Below are positions 63,505 through 64,000 of a stretch of 64,000 nucleotides of DNA, piece after piece (within the stretch, counting starts at the first letter, position 1; every line of letters begins with the position of its first letter). A program made the position numbers and the translations under genes. Location: positions 64,641,681-64,705,680 of the forward strand of contig JARFYF010000084.1 in assembly GCA_030265395.1 (NCBI GenBank). Reading direction: 5' to 3'. The stretch is from Rhina ancylostomus (taxonomy: Eukaryota). The notes under the pieces are model-generated. The model saw nothing but the letters and a program-made list of their open reading frames with translations, was not told the origin of the DNA and searched no databases.

Positions 63505-63582
63505 GGTTACATGTTTGGAAAGTCTGGGGAAAACCTTACATTGAGGCTGCGCGGATTGTCATTTAAAGCCATATTGCAACAG
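63505..63582 (+). CDS. ABCB5: ABCB5 exon: ICL3 (gene continues beyond the window)
   Basis: cttcaag|ggt tac...caa cag|gtgagt, 78 nt; GYMFGKSGENLTLRLRGLSFKAILQQ. Confidence 0.95.
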
Positions 63583-63879
63583 GTGAGTAGCTTTTCTAAG
63601 TTCCAGTCAGGACTGACATGCAAATATAAAACTATGAATTATTCTTTTAAAAACATCTCAGACACAGAAACAAACACCTTTAAATAGGGAATTGGGAGAG
63701 AGGAATTCATGTAAATTACAATCATCAGACAATGGTACTGAGCAAATTGTTTGAGCTGCAGTCTGACAAGTCTCTGATTCCTCTAGTTTTTCAACCCAGG
63801 GTTTTATGCATTGGTTTTAATTTTCAAAAATTCCCTTGGGTCTTCTGTCTTGTTGGCAATATGTAATGATTTATATGCC

Positions 63880-64000
63880 ACAGGGATTGGTACTGGGGCT
63901 TCATCTTTCTAAAAATTATAGAAATGACTTGGACGAAAACACCACAGTTTTAGTTGCCAAACTTGCTGATGACACAAAGATGTGTGAAAAGTAATAGTGA
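63880..64000 (+). mobile_element. CR1 RT fragment at window edge
   Basis: ccacagggattggtactgggg (PQGxVLG) and aaacttgctgatgacacaaag (ADDTK). Confidence 0.7.

Noticed and set aside
28665-63582. Calling the transporter ABCB1/MDR1 or ABCB11
   Set aside because: Position directly downstream of ITGB8 and the N-terminal/ECL1 features fit ABCB5 better; a phylogeny is still needed for certainty.

Overview
Vertebrate genomic DNA, AT-rich, short-read-style scaffold with many N gaps. The repeat landscape (CR1/HER1-type LINEs, HE1/V-SINE-type SINEs, Deu-SINEs, Penelope remnants) points to a cartilaginous fish, probably a ray (inference). Two spliced genes lie on the + strand in the order known from other vertebrates. 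First is the 3' end of integrin beta-8 (ITGB8; five coding exons, 597-12585, then a probable ~4.6 kb TE-free 3' UTR). Next is the 5' ~60% of a full-length P-glycoprotein-family transporter, assigned as ABCB5 by synteny (19 coding exons, 28665-63582: TMD1, an intact NBD1, linker and the start of TMD2). All exon boundaries were read by hand and have GT-AG sites with matching phases, except the last ITGB8 exon. Main finding: this ITGB8 has an extra symmetric 120-nt exon (4907-5026) encoding the C-terminal ~40 residues of the beta-tail domain that mammalian beta-8 lacks, with paired loss of the beta-3 C663/C687-equivalent cysteines. Other findings: an apparent frame break in the beta-8 cytoplasmic-tail exon, an APP/LDLR-like GYDNPSY sorting motif in the ABCB5 N-terminus, replaced TM prolines in ABCB5, and a templated-insertion hairpin scar inside a LINE. 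Homolog comparisons rely on sequences recalled from memory, not database searches. No prokaryotic-type system (CRISPR etc.) is present.
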